DNA of 45,713 bases from an uncultured Chryseosolibacter sp. (GTDB lineage Bacteria; Bacteroidota; Bacteroidia; Cytophagales; Cyclobacteriaceae), in assembly GCA_966080355.1 (NCBI GenBank), contig CBHROW010000001.1, forward strand, positions 1 to 45,713, written 5' to 3'. The notes under the pieces are model-generated. The model ran no database searches. It was not told the origin of the DNA and worked only from the letters and a program-made list of their open reading frames with translations. The position numbers were made by a program, and so were the translations under genes. The number at the start of each line of letters is the position of its first letter. The first letter of the stretch is position 1. Positions 1-9,534 of the stretch are shown here, in pieces.

Positions 1-735
1 GGTACTGGAATACCGGACATCCGGTGCAAAGAATCCGATGGTGTTATAGCCCCAATAATTCGAAAGACCTTTTTGTTCGAGATGTCGATCGGAAACGAAA
101 TGGTGAACGGGCATGAGTTCAACAGCCGTGATGCCGAGATTTTTCAAGTATTCGATGGCAACTGGGTGTGCAAGGGCTGCATAAGTTCCACGGATGTTTT
201 CCGGAATTTCAGGATGACGCATCGTAAATCCCCTGACATGCGTTTCATAGATGATCGATCGATGATAGGGTATGCGCATAGGCCTATCGTTGCCCCAATC
301 GAACGATGAATCGATAACCACGCTCTTCGGAATGAAAGGTGCGCTGTCTTTTTCGCTCATACCAAGATCTTCATCATCACTACCAACTTCGTAACCGAAA
401 AGCGCATCGTTCCAGTGAATTGTTCCCGCAATCGCTTTCGCATACGGATCGATCAGCAGCTTGTTCGGATTATAACGGTGACCTTCTTCAGGTTGATAGG
501 GGCCATGTACGCGATATCCGTAGAGCTGACCGGGCTTCAATTCAGGGACGAATGCATGCCAGATCTGATGCGACCGCTCAAGAAACTTAATCCGCCTGGA
601 TTCTTTAATCCGCTCCGGTGAATCGAAAAGGCACAACTCAACTGATGTTGCATTGTCTGCATATAAGGCAAAATTAACGCCATCCGGGGCGGGTGTTGCG
701 CCCAATGGATATGGGCTTCCGGGGTAGATCTTCAT
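1..735 (-). CDS. glgX: Glycogen debranching enzyme GlgX (GH13), 5' part; runs off the left edge
   Basis: Absent from the ORF track because it has no stop in the window. Manual translation from ATG 735 gives MKIYPGSPYPLGAT..DGVNFALYA..VELCLFD, and the left edge reads GLSNYWGYNTIGFFAPD, both typical of GlgX. Confidence 0.93.
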   Translation of the reverse strand, partial: MKIYPGSPYPLGATPAPDGVNFALYADNATSVELCLFDSPERIKESRRIKFLERSHQIWHAFVPELKPGQLYGYRVHGPYQPEEGHRYNPNKLLIDPYAKAIAGTIHWNDALFGYEVGSDDEDLGMSEKDSAPFIPKSVVIDSSFDWGNDRPMRIPYHRSIIYETHVRGFTMRHPEIPENIRGTYAALAHPVAIEYLKNLGITAVELMPVHHFVSDRHLEQKGLSNYWGYNTIGFFAPDVRYSST

Positions 736-762
736 AGTTTTCGATCAGGAAAAAAAAATGCT

Positions 763-2025
763 TTAAGAATGACCCGCGCGTGATTTCGACCGGGCCCATA
801 AGGGTGTCGATAGTGTTCTTCGTTCAACTTCAGATTGTTCGTTTTGTTTTTCTGGCGAAACTTCAGCCCTGGGTTCCACATGTTGCTGCAGATAGTGGAC
901 TGCATTCATGTATCGCTTGAAAGCCTCATCCGAGGACGGATAAGGCGAAAATGTTCCGTGACCGTCTGCCTGAGGAGACAAGTGATAAAAATGATCACAT
1001 GATTGAAGCACGCGCCAAAGCTCCAGCATCTCAGGATCTCCAGATTCCTTGATCGGTTTTTCCAGCGCGACCAGTGCCTGAAACGCTGTTCGCTGATTGG
1101 GCGATTGCAACAAAGCCTCGATCGGACTTCCCGACATGGAAATAAGGTCAGGAATGCTCACGGTCTCAAATGCACAGAATTTAGTTACGATCTCAGCGGC
1201 CGTTGCCATCGTGTACGTTTTCTGAATGGCGATCATCAATAGCAAATGTTCGATGAAAGTGAAAATGCCAGTTTCGGTCTTGCGGTGTTCTCCGAATGTT
1301 TCATAATCAACGCCAATGAGAACGAGATTTTCCCCCTGATGGATCGCGTCTAACCGCGTAAGTATCTGATCAGCGGTAACGTGGTGCGACTGTGTTCCAC
1401 TGCGAAATGCAATATCGTCACTCAAGTTCCGGGCTCGGGTCATGATGTATAACCCTTGTTCTACACTCTCATAGATCTGATGCGGCCTTTTGCCTTCGAA
1501 CGCTTTCGATGAAAATTCGGTGATTACCCCTTGGTATCCCATCCTGTGGATACGCTTGCCGATCTCGTCATTGTAAATCAGATGCGTGTTTCTGAACACT
1601 GTCGGCCTCACCCCAAAATGCTCAATAAGTTTCTCCGCGTGCTGAAGGATCTGAATTTCAAACTCATCGGAATCGAACAGGAAAGACAGGCCATGGTAAT
1701 ATGGCTCAGCCAGGAAGTCGACTGATCCGGTGTCGGCAAGTTTTCGGAATAAAACGAGCACCTCGGGTGCGTACTTTTCCAGTTGCTCAAGCGCGATCCC
1801 GGAGATTGAAAAATTTATTTTGATCTGCGGGTATTGGCCGATCAGTCGAAGCAGCAGGTGGTTCATCGGAATGTAACAGTCGCGGGCAATCCGCTCCATG
1901 ATCACCCGATCGTTGTTTTCATCGAGTAGTGCTCCGTCTTCGCTGGCTGCCAAACGCTTGGGCTGATGGATGTTGAAGCAAAGAATGAGATGCTTGTGAT
2001 CAAGATCCGTTTGTGTTGCGTTCAT
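763..2025 (-). CDS. GH57 alpha-amylase-like protein with the catalytic Glu replaced by His
   Basis: GH57 motifs HQP, FLAEPYYH, FRNT(H)LIY, LSDDIAFR, DYETFGEH and LQSCDHFY; directly upstream of glgX. Confidence 0.85.
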   Translation of the reverse strand: MNATQTDLDHKHLILCFNIHQPKRLAASEDGALLDENNDRVIMERIARDCYIPMNHLLLRLIGQYPQIKINFSISGIALEQLEKYAPEVLVLFRKLADTGSVDFLAEPYYHGLSFLFDSDEFEIQILQHAEKLIEHFGVRPTVFRNTHLIYNDEIGKRIHRMGYQGVITEFSSKAFEGKRPHQIYESVEQGLYIMTRARNLSDDIAFRSGTQSHHVTADQILTRLDAIHQGENLVLIGVDYETFGEHRKTETGIFTFIEHLLLMIAIQKTYTMATAAEIVTKFCAFETVSIPDLISMSGSPIEALLQSPNQRTAFQALVALEKPIKESGDPEMLELWRVLQSCDHFYHLSPQADGHGTFSPYPSSDEAFKRYMNAVHYLQQHVEPRAEVSPEKQNEQSEVERRTLSTPLWARSKSRAGHS

Positions 2026-2152
2026 CGATGGCCATCCTCATTTATTGTATGCGCTTAAAAACTTTGTACCTGATCTCATCAGTACCAGCCGGTCATCAAG
2101 GCATATTTTTTTAAAACGAGTCGTTTCGAAAATGGGAGTTTGAAATCGGAAA

Positions 2153-3940
2153 ATGAAGTATCGCGAGGTGGGTTCGTTATTCGGTGAACAGGCCACGCGA
2201 TTTGTGGTTTGGGCACCGGAGAAAAAAAAAGCTGAAGTAGTTGCTGGCAATCAAAGGTTCCTGATGAACAAAACGCCTGACGGTTACTGGCAAATTTCAA
2301 TTCCGGGTATGAAGCCTGGAACGTTGTATAAATATTCAATTGATTCTCAAGATCCGGTTCCTGATCCGGCTTCCCGATCGCAACCGCTGGGCGTTCATGG
2401 GCCCTCCGAAGTTTTAGCGAACAATTTTAATTGGACCGACCATGAATGGAAAGGATTGTCGCTCGCTGAAATGATCCTCTATGAACTCCATGTTGGCACG
2501 TTCACGCCTGAAGGAACATTCAGTGCTTTGACAACTAAACTTGATTACCTGAAAAAACTTGGAGTCAACACAATCGAGCTTATGCCAGTGGCGCAGTTTC
2601 CAGGTGAAAGGAATTGGGGTTACGATGGCGTGTTTCCTTTTGCTGTTCAACACTCGTATGGTGGCGCTGAGATGCTCAAGCGGCTTGTTGATGAGGCACA
2701 TCGAAAAGATATTGCTGTGGTCCTTGACGTTGTCTACAATCACCTCGGGCCCGAAGGAAACTATCTGGGTCACTACGGTCCTTACTTCACGGAAAAATAC
2801 AAAAGCGTGTGGGGCCAGGCGCTGAACTTCGATGATGCATGGTGTGATGGCGTTCGAAATTTCTTCTTGCAAAACGCATTGATGTGGCTTCGCGATTTTC
2901 ATATCGATGGACTGCGATTGGATGCCGTCCATGCGATCTGTGATTTCAGCGCAACGCATTTTATCGAAGAACTTGAAAGTGTCGTGCGAAACCTGGAACA
3001 TGAAACAGGAAAGCGGAAAGTTCTTATTGCCGAATTTGATCTCAACAACCCCAGGTATATCAGTGACAAATCAGTCGGTGGCTACGGACTTGACGGACAA
3101 TGGGTGGATGAATTTCACCACGCGCTGCATGCCCTCGTGACAAGGGAGACCGATGGCTATTATGAGGATTTTGGAACAGTCGGGCATTTGAAAAAGGCGA
3201 TAACCAGCGGATACGTCTATACGGGCGAATACTCACAACACCGCAAGAAGCATTTTGGAAGATCGGCAGGCAACGCGTATAGCCAGTTCGTTGTATTCGC
3301 CCAAAACCACGATCAGGTAGGAAATCGACTTTTGGGCGATAGACTGACAAGTGCGTTATCGTTCGAACAACTCAAGCTTGTTGCCGCAGTGTACCTGCTT
3401 GCTCCACACGTGCCTATGCTTTTCATGGGAGAGGAGTATGGCGAGAAAAATCCATTTCAATATTTCGTGAGCCACACGGATGAGAAACTGGTCGAAGCCG
3501 TGCGAGAAGGAAGAAAAAAGGAATTCAGCTATTTCAGATGGGCTGGAGAAATACCCGATCCCCAATCACAGCAAACGTTCGATGCCTGCAAGTTATCGTG
3601 GAGTGTGGAGGAATCCCAAGCAAAAATTCTGATCGATTACTATGCGCGCCTGATAGCCATCAGAAAACTGCCACCGTGGCAAACATTTACTCGCGACTCG
3701 CTCGAGTCAGTAGATATGGAACACGGGCATGTTGTTGCGTTCGAACGGATAGCATCGCGTGAGCGAAAAATTATCCTTTTCAATTTCCACCATGAGCGTG
3801 TAACAATACCGTTACCATCACGCTATTCGACTATATTTTTCGATTCATGCGCAGCGCAATGGGCGGGTTTACATCACTCAACCATTGCAAACAACAAACT
3901 GACCATGGAGGCAGAATCGGCAATCATCTTGGAGCCATGA
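2153..3940 (+). CDS. treZ: Malto-oligosyltrehalose trehalohydrolase
   Basis: N-terminal F.VWAP module, YELHVGTF, RNWGYDGV, RLDAVHAI, QNHDQVGNR; coupled to treY. Confidence 0.95.
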   Translation: MKYREVGSLFGEQATRFVVWAPEKKKAEVVAGNQRFLMNKTPDGYWQISIPGMKPGTLYKYSIDSQDPVPDPASRSQPLGVHGPSEVLANNFNWTDHEWKGLSLAEMILYELHVGTFTPEGTFSALTTKLDYLKKLGVNTIELMPVAQFPGERNWGYDGVFPFAVQHSYGGAEMLKRLVDEAHRKDIAVVLDVVYNHLGPEGNYLGHYGPYFTEKYKSVWGQALNFDDAWCDGVRNFFLQNALMWLRDFHIDGLRLDAVHAICDFSATHFIEELESVVRNLEHETGKRKVLIAEFDLNNPRYISDKSVGGYGLDGQWVDEFHHALHALVTRETDGYYEDFGTVGHLKKAITSGYVYTGEYSQHRKKHFGRSAGNAYSQFVVFAQNHDQVGNRLLGDRLTSALSFEQLKLVAAVYLLAPHVPMLFMGEEYGEKNPFQYFVSHTDEKLVEAVREGRKKEFSYFRWAGEIPDPQSQQTFDACKLSWSVEESQAKILIDYYARLIAIRKLPPWQTFTRDSLESVDMEHGHVVAFERIASRERKIILFNFHHERVTIPLPSRYSTIFFDSCAAQWAGLHHSTIANNKLTMEAESAIILEP

Positions 3941-6576
3941 TGGAGATCCCGGGGTCGACATATCGAATTCAATTTCACAAGGACTTTACTTTCAAAGATC
4001 TGGAATCGATCATCGACTATCTGCATGATCTCGGAATTACAACGATATATGCATCTCCGATCACTGCTGCTGTGGGCGGAAGTACGCATGGCTACGATGT
4101 GATCGATCCGCATCAGATAAATCCGGAGATTGGAACACGCGAAGATCTGAAACGCATTCGTGAAAAGTTGAGTGCGAAGAAGATGTCGTGGATACAGGAT
4201 ATTGTTCCGAATCACATGGCTTTTCATGTTTCCAATTCACGACTGATGGATGTGTTGGAACGCGGCCCCCATTCTGAATTTTATAACTACTTCGATATTC
4301 TGTGGGATCACTCATCGCCAGATTTGAAAGGTCGATTACAGGTGCCCTTTCTTGGAAAACCTTTGGACCAGGCAATCGCTGAACGGGAAATTGCCATAGA
4401 TTATGATGATGGTGGATTTGTTCTCAGGTACCTGTCCACAGCCTATCCGCTCTCTGTTTCGGCCTATCGACTTATTTTACCCGCGGAGTTTGACAGGCGT
4501 TTGACAGCACTGGCAGGCTTGCCGTTGCAACAATGGACGGATCGCAAACGCAGTATATTGTCGGAAATGCTTGCTGATGATGAAGTGAGTGCGAGCGTCA
4601 TCGATTCCATAACACAACTAAATCAATCTCCGCAGTGCCTGGAGGAAGTCATCCATTCGCAATATTATTTGCTCACGTTTTGGCAAGACACAGCTCACGA
4701 GATAAACTACCGCAGGTTTTTCACCGTGAATGAATTGGTCTGCCTTCGAATGGAAGACCCTTTTGTGTTCGAAGATTATCATCGTTTTATACATCAATTG
4801 TATGCTGATGATCTCATTCAAGGTCTCCGGATAGATCATATCGATGGTTTGTACGACCCTGTAGAGTACATCCTTCGCCTGCGTCAGCTTTTTGGCTACG
4901 ATTGCTATATCATTGCGGAAAAAATTCTTGAGGCAAAAGAAATTTTACCGGTCGACTGGCCTTTGCAGGGCACCAGTGGGTACGAATTTCTCTCTACCAC
5001 GAGCCAGTTGATCACGAATCGCCATGGCGCAAAAAAGCTACTAGCATATTATCACGAGCTGAGGCCGGATTTGGCGAGTTACAAAGACATCGTTAATAAA
5101 AATAAAACGTTGATCCTCGAAAACTATATGGCAGGGGAGTGGAACAACCTGGTTGACCTCTACATCTCGCTTGAACTGCCCGGCTACCTGGATCGACAAA
5201 AGGCAAAGAACGCAGTCGCAGCGTTAATGATCGCGATGCCTGTCTATCGCATTTATCCAATCACCTTGCCGCTCACGGGAGACTCCCGTCAAGTTATGCA
5301 GCATGCCTTTGAACGAGCGTTGGGAACCACACCTGGAGCAGCACAAATACTTGAAGGTCTGCGGATATTGATTTTTGAAAGCAACAGCGGATCAGGATTG
5401 AAATTTCTGAAACGTATGATGCAGTTCACTGGCCCGTTAACCGCGAAAGGAGTTGAAGACACAACCTTTTATGAGTTTAATGCGCTTATCTCCCATGGCG
5501 AAGTAGGCGATACGCCCTCGTCTCTGGGAATAAGTGTAACTGCGTTTCACCGGAAAATGGCTGACAGGCAACTGGCCACACCGCTATCTCTCAATGCAAC
5601 GGCAACTCACGATACCAAGCGAGGCGAAGATGCACGACTTCGGGTAAATGTGCTTTGCGATTTTCCGGAAGAATGGATTTCACTCGTGCAGTCCTGGCGT
5701 TCGACTAACAGAAAATTCAAAACGACTACTTCTACCGGCATATTTGCACCGTCTGACAATGACGAATACTACATTTATCAATCTATTCTGGGCGGATTTC
5801 CCCACAGCAGCCAGATTGATAAAATGTTCCTTGACCGACTTATGTTGTTCGAAGAAAAAGTTCTTCGTGAAGCAAAAACGTTCAGTTCTTGGACGTCTCC
5901 TGACAAAGAATACGAAAGCGGATGCAAAGCATTTGTCCGCTCAATTCTTGAGCCTGAAAGCGAGTTCCTCAGAACGTTCGTTCCTTTTTTTCAATCCGTG
6001 GGCAACGTTGCAAGCAAATACTCGATCGCACAAACATTGATTAAAATTACGGCTCCGGGAATTCCCGATACTTATCAAGGCGCGGAACTTTGGGATTTGA
6101 GCTTTGTTGACCCCGACAACAGGCGCGTGATCGACTATGATTTGAGAAAAACTTTATTGCATAAAATAAAGTCCGCTCAAGGAAATTCAGTGCCCGTTGC
6201 CGGGCTGCTTGCCGAACACCGCCTGGCCGGAATCGAAAAGCTGTGGGTGACTTTCGTTACGCTCAATTGGCGTAAAATCAATAACGACCTGTTCATCGCG
6301 GGCAACTACATTCCATTGCAAACTTCAGGTAAGGAGGCTTTCACTGTTGCTTACGCAAGGTGTTTCCAGAGCCGTTGGGTAGTTGTTCTAGTTCCGCTTC
6401 GGGCGAAATCATCCGAGGACGACAACATTCCCGACAGCGAACTTATCTACTTACCCAAAGACGCTCCGAGCCGATGGAGAAACCTATTCACGTCTGAAAC
6501 GACAGAAAGTTCCGGAACGATCGCTGTTGCAGACTGTTGTCGGAATTTTCCTGTGGCATTGTTGGAAAATTTTTGA
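3937..6576 (+). CDS. treY: Malto-oligosyltrehalose synthase
   Basis: STYRIQF, GSTHGYDV, DIVPNHM, RIDHIDG, AKGVEDT, TATHDTKRGED, DLSFVDPDNRR. Start moved to ATG 3937, which overlaps the treZ stop (ATGA). Confidence 0.95.
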   Translation: MMEIPGSTYRIQFHKDFTFKDLESIIDYLHDLGITTIYASPITAAVGGSTHGYDVIDPHQINPEIGTREDLKRIREKLSAKKMSWIQDIVPNHMAFHVSNSRLMDVLERGPHSEFYNYFDILWDHSSPDLKGRLQVPFLGKPLDQAIAEREIAIDYDDGGFVLRYLSTAYPLSVSAYRLILPAEFDRRLTALAGLPLQQWTDRKRSILSEMLADDEVSASVIDSITQLNQSPQCLEEVIHSQYYLLTFWQDTAHEINYRRFFTVNELVCLRMEDPFVFEDYHRFIHQLYADDLIQGLRIDHIDGLYDPVEYILRLRQLFGYDCYIIAEKILEAKEILPVDWPLQGTSGYEFLSTTSQLITNRHGAKKLLAYYHELRPDLASYKDIVNKNKTLILENYMAGEWNNLVDLYISLELPGYLDRQKAKNAVAALMIAMPVYRIYPITLPLTGDSRQVMQHAFERALGTTPGAAQILEGLRILIFESNSGSGLKFLKRMMQFTGPLTAKGVEDTTFYEFNALISHGEVGDTPSSLGISVTAFHRKMADRQLATPLSLNATATHDTKRGEDARLRVNVLCDFPEEWISLVQSWRSTNRKFKTTTSTGIFAPSDNDEYYIYQSILGGFPHSSQIDKMFLDRLMLFEEKVLREAKTFSSWTSPDKEYESGCKAFVRSILEPESEFLRTFVPFFQSVGNVASKYSIAQTLIKITAPGIPDTYQGAELWDLSFVDPDNRRVIDYDLRKTLLHKIKSAQGNSVPVAGLLAEHRLAGIEKLWVTFVTLNWRKINNDLFIAGNYIPLQTSGKEAFTVAYARCFQSRWVVVLVPLRAKSSEDDNIPDSELIYLPKDAPSRWRNLFTSETTESSGTIAVADCCRNFPVALLENF

Positions 6577-6628
6577 ATGCCTGTAACGTTTTCCAAATCC
6601 GACAGTATTCTATTCGATCAAGGGTAAC

Positions 6629-6666
6629 AGGGGTGATCGCAGGCTGTACAGGCGGTGGTCATCCCT
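6629..6666 (+). terminator. Stem-loop between convergent treY and mntH (possible terminator or 3' stability hairpin)
   Basis: AGGGGTGATCGC (6629-6640) pairs with GTGGTCATCCCT (6655-6666) using 3 G-U pairs on the + strand; no strong U tract. Confidence 0.35.
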
Positions 6667-6706
6667 TCTGTCGTCTGATCACTTCATGCGGTCTGACGAC
6701 TAAAAA

Positions 6707-8596
6707 CTAACCTCGTACAATCAACACCGGAATATTCACGCGATGCCGAACCGTGTCTACCGTTGTTCCGAAGATCAGGTCTTTCATGAGCTCGTGGCCG
6801 TGCGCTCCCATAACGAGCAGATCAGCGTTGTATTCATTGACCAATTCTGGAAGTCTGCGCTTCGGATTGCCGTAACCGATTTTCATTTCAACCTGGTAGC
6901 CAAGTTTCTCAAGCTGACTTCTGTAACTGGTCAGCGCGTCTGAATCCTTTGACGACTCGTGGTCTTCAATATCGCTTCCATACACCATGGCGCCTGCGGT
7001 TTCAACCACGTGAAGCAAAAGATAGCTCGCATCTTTCCCGCCTTGAGAAACTGCACTATGAATGGTAATGCTGTCCATTTTGCTGAAGTCGATCGCCACT
7101 GCAATTCGTTTATAAGATGCCTTCTCCGGAATGTCGAGTGCAATTGCACCCCCGTGCGGGATCTTGGACTCGCGTTCATCCCTGCGTTTCTCAATAAGGG
7201 GCTTGAATGTAATGTACAACAGCAGAAATCCTGCGGCAAGGCAAACGGGCACAGCGGTGACCCAAACGATCCACGCATCGTCACCCGCTGATGCAAGCCA
7301 GTTTGTTACTTCCTGAAAGACAAGTTTTACGTTGAGCGATACGATCACCAGCGCAATAACCCACGCAGCAATTTTTACCCAGGGTTTGATCACAAATTCA
7401 CCCATTGCTTTTTTATCGCTGTTAAAGTGAATGAGTGGAATGATCGCGAAGCCAAGTTGCAAACTCAACACCACCTGGCTGAATACGAGCATTTCGCCAG
7501 TTTGTGATTCACCATACAACAGAATCACAATGTACGCAGGGATGATCGCGATGATGCGGGTTATCAAACGTCTCAACCAGGGGGCTATGCGCAAATTGAG
7601 ATAACCCTCCATCACGATCTGCCCGGCAAGTGTTCCCGTAATGGTTGAACTTTGTCCTGCACATACAAGCGCAACACCGAACAGGATGGAAGCCCAATGT
7701 GTTCCGAGGAGGGGAGTGAGGAATTTGTAGGCATCCTGAATATCTTCCACTTCGAACATTCCCGCTTTGAAAAACGTAGATGCCGCAAGAATCAGAATAG
7801 CAGCGTTCACAAAGAATGCAGCATTCAGCGCGATAGCCGAATCGATGAAATTGTATTTGATGGCGGTCCATACACCGCGCGAAGAGGTGTCGATGCGCCT
7901 TGTCTGCACGAGGGAAGAGTGCAGATAAAGATTGTGTGGCATTACCGTTGCACCAATGATACCTATAGCGATGTACAATGCCGTATCATTTGGCAATGAA
8001 GGGATGAATCCAACCGCCAATTCACCGATGTTGGGTTTGGCCAGCACCATTTCAATGAAAAACGCGCCACCGATGATTGCCACAAGTCCGATGATGAACA
8101 TTTCGATCTTGCGCATACCGTAACTCTGTAAGAAAAGCAGCAGGAGTGTGTCAAGCACCGTGAGGCTTACACCCCAGATGAGCGGCAGTCCGAAAAGCAA
8201 TTGAAGTCCGATCGCCATGCCGAGTACTTCAGCGAGGTCGCACGCGGCAATAGCGATCTCAGCCAATACCCATAACGCAAAGTTAACGGGACGGCTATAC
8301 GTTTTTCGCGATGCCTGAGCGAGATCGAGCTGTCGAACAATGCCGAGCCGTGCGCTCAAACTTTGCAGCAGAAGCGCCATGATGTTCGACATCAAAAGCA
8401 CCCAGATCAAGGCATAGCCAAATCGGCTTCCACCGGCAATGTCAGTAGCCCAGTTGCCTGGGTCCATGTATCCTACGCTCACCAGGTAGGCTGGTCCCAT
8501 GAACGCAAGGACCTTCCGCCATCCGTGGCGTTGCGTCACATCGATCGAGGCATTTACCTCGCTCAGCGATCTTCTTTGTAATGTATTTTCTACCAT
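6707..8596 (-). CDS. mntH: NRAMP-family Mn2+/Fe2+ transporter with a C-terminal universal stress protein domain
   Basis: YMDPGN and ATVMPHN metal-binding motifs, many TM helices, C-terminal USP motifs (IAVAIDFS, LLVMGAHG, IFGTTVDTV..IPVLIVR). Confidence 0.93.
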   Translation of the reverse strand: MVENTLQRRSLSEVNASIDVTQRHGWRKVLAFMGPAYLVSVGYMDPGNWATDIAGGSRFGYALIWVLLMSNIMALLLQSLSARLGIVRQLDLAQASRKTYSRPVNFALWVLAEIAIAACDLAEVLGMAIGLQLLFGLPLIWGVSLTVLDTLLLLFLQSYGMRKIEMFIIGLVAIIGGAFFIEMVLAKPNIGELAVGFIPSLPNDTALYIAIGIIGATVMPHNLYLHSSLVQTRRIDTSSRGVWTAIKYNFIDSAIALNAAFFVNAAILILAASTFFKAGMFEVEDIQDAYKFLTPLLGTHWASILFGVALVCAGQSSTITGTLAGQIVMEGYLNLRIAPWLRRLITRIIAIIPAYIVILLYGESQTGEMLVFSQVVLSLQLGFAIIPLIHFNSDKKAMGEFVIKPWVKIAAWVIALVIVSLNVKLVFQEVTNWLASAGDDAWIVWVTAVPVCLAAGFLLLYITFKPLIEKRRDERESKIPHGGAIALDIPEKASYKRIAVAIDFSKMDSITIHSAVSQGGKDASYLLLHVVETAGAMVYGSDIEDHESSKDSDALTSYRSQLEKLGYQVEMKIGYGNPKRRLPELVNEYNADLLVMGAHGHELMKDLIFGTTVDTVRHRVNIPVLIVRG

Positions 8597-8630
8597 ACGT
8601 TATTATTTCTAATTTGCGGTAAATATTAAA

Positions 8631-8720
8631 GACATCGAACCGTTCAACGCTAGTTGAGGCAACTCAATGATGTTATTCTCGCTATGTTTTACATGTTTGT
8701 AATCATTGATGTTCGATATC
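8631..8720 (-). ncRNA. Candidate structured cis-regulatory leader of mntH
   Basis: Nested inverted repeats of 10, 8, 5 and 4 bp ending 34 nt before the mntH start. The outer stem is fully paired only on the mntH strand (one G-U). No family match recognised. Confidence 0.4.
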
Positions 8721-8737
8721 GATTCCGGGATACACAA

Positions 8738-8767
8738 GCTTTCGGCTTTTAGCTTTTTGCTTTAAGC
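8738..8767. repeat. Heptamer tandem array (GCTTTnn x4)
   Basis: GCTTTCG GCTTTTA GCTTTTT GCTTTAA GC, directly after the mntR stop. Confidence 0.7.
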
Positions 8768-9421
8768 TCAATTTGCCAACAGCGATTGCGCCACCTCACG
8801 ACTGATGAATACCTTCTTTTTTCCGTCAATCAGGATCTCCAACGAGCCGTCAAACTCGACTTTTTCAAGGATCACAACACGCGCACCGATATAAATTCCA
8901 ATCTTGCTGAGATACTGAAGAAATGACGCTGAGCCATCTTTCACCGAACGCACCACAAGTTTCTTGCTGCCGGGCGATTCTGACAGCGGAAGCTGACTTA
9001 CCATGTTGATCTTTCCGTTCTTGTCGGGAATCGGATGACCATGTGGATCGGATGTGGGGAACCCGAGAAATTCATCCAGCTTTTCAATGAGCAGATCCGA
9101 TTGAATGTGCTCAAGCTGTTCGGCTACATCGTGGACTTCGTCCCAGGTGAAATTCAATGTATCAACAAGGAATGTTTCCCAAAGGCGATGTTTACGGATC
9201 ACCATCAAGGCCTCGGCTTTCCCTTGTCGCGTAATGGTAACGCCATAATATTTCTCATAGCCGATGAGATTCTTCAGCGAAAGCTTTTTCACCATGTCAG
9301 TGACCGATGCCGCTTTCGTACTCATCGACTCCGCGATTTCATTCGTCAGCACGGATTTCGTGCCGCCTTCCGACAACCGGTAAATCGCTTTGAGGTAGTT
9401 TTCTTCCGTGAGTGTCAGCAT
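8768..9421 (-). CDS. mntR: DtxR/MntR-family metal-dependent regulator with a C-terminal FeoA-like domain
   Basis: EENYLKAIY, ASVTDMVKKL, RKHRLWETFL, AEQLEH, DPHGHPIP; upstream of mntH. Confidence 0.9.
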   Translation of the reverse strand: MLTLTEENYLKAIYRLSEGGTKSVLTNEIAESMSTKAASVTDMVKKLSLKNLIGYEKYYGVTITRQGKAEALMVIRKHRLWETFLVDTLNFTWDEVHDVAEQLEHIQSDLLIEKLDEFLGFPTSDPHGHPIPDKNGKINMVSQLPLSESPGSKKLVVRSVKDGSASFLQYLSKIGIYIGARVVILEKVEFDGSLEILIDGKKKVFISREVAQSLLAN

Positions 9422-9467
9422 ACTAATACTTTGAATTTCGGCCGGTGCCTGGTTCGTCTACGCGTAG

Positions 9468-9495
9468 CAAAAATAAAAGTTTAGACGGGCCTAAA
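9468..9495 (-). promoter_or_regulatory. Bacteroidota -7 box with an adjacent palindromic DtxR/MntR-type operator
   Basis: TATTTTTG (TAnnTTTG) at 9475-9468 on the minus strand; TTTAG-N6-CTAAA dyad at 9480-9495. Confidence 0.6.
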
Positions 9496-9534
9496 AAATT
9501 GTTTATATTATTTTATCACAATTTTTTTGCGTTT

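Noticed and set aside
73-621. Three short + strand ORFs
   Set aside because: Antisense shadows of glgX, which occupies 1-735 on the minus strand.
2414-3001. 195 aa antisense ORF inside treZ, and similar ORFs at 14910-15434, 32410-32886 and 34097-34678
   Set aside because: They lie opposite well-supported genes, have no recognisable motifs, and are expected from codon bias.
3847-3936. 30 aa N-terminal extension of TreY in the ORF track
   Set aside because: It overlaps treZ; ATG 3937 gives ATGA coupling and a normal TreY N-terminus. Similar over-extensions were trimmed for other genes.
6707-7130. NRAMP-USP fusion as a novelty
   Set aside because: A known, common architecture in Bacteroidota.
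8631-8720. Calling the mntH leader a yybP-ykoY riboswitch
   Set aside because: The family's conserved sequence motifs are not visible; kept only as an unassigned structure.
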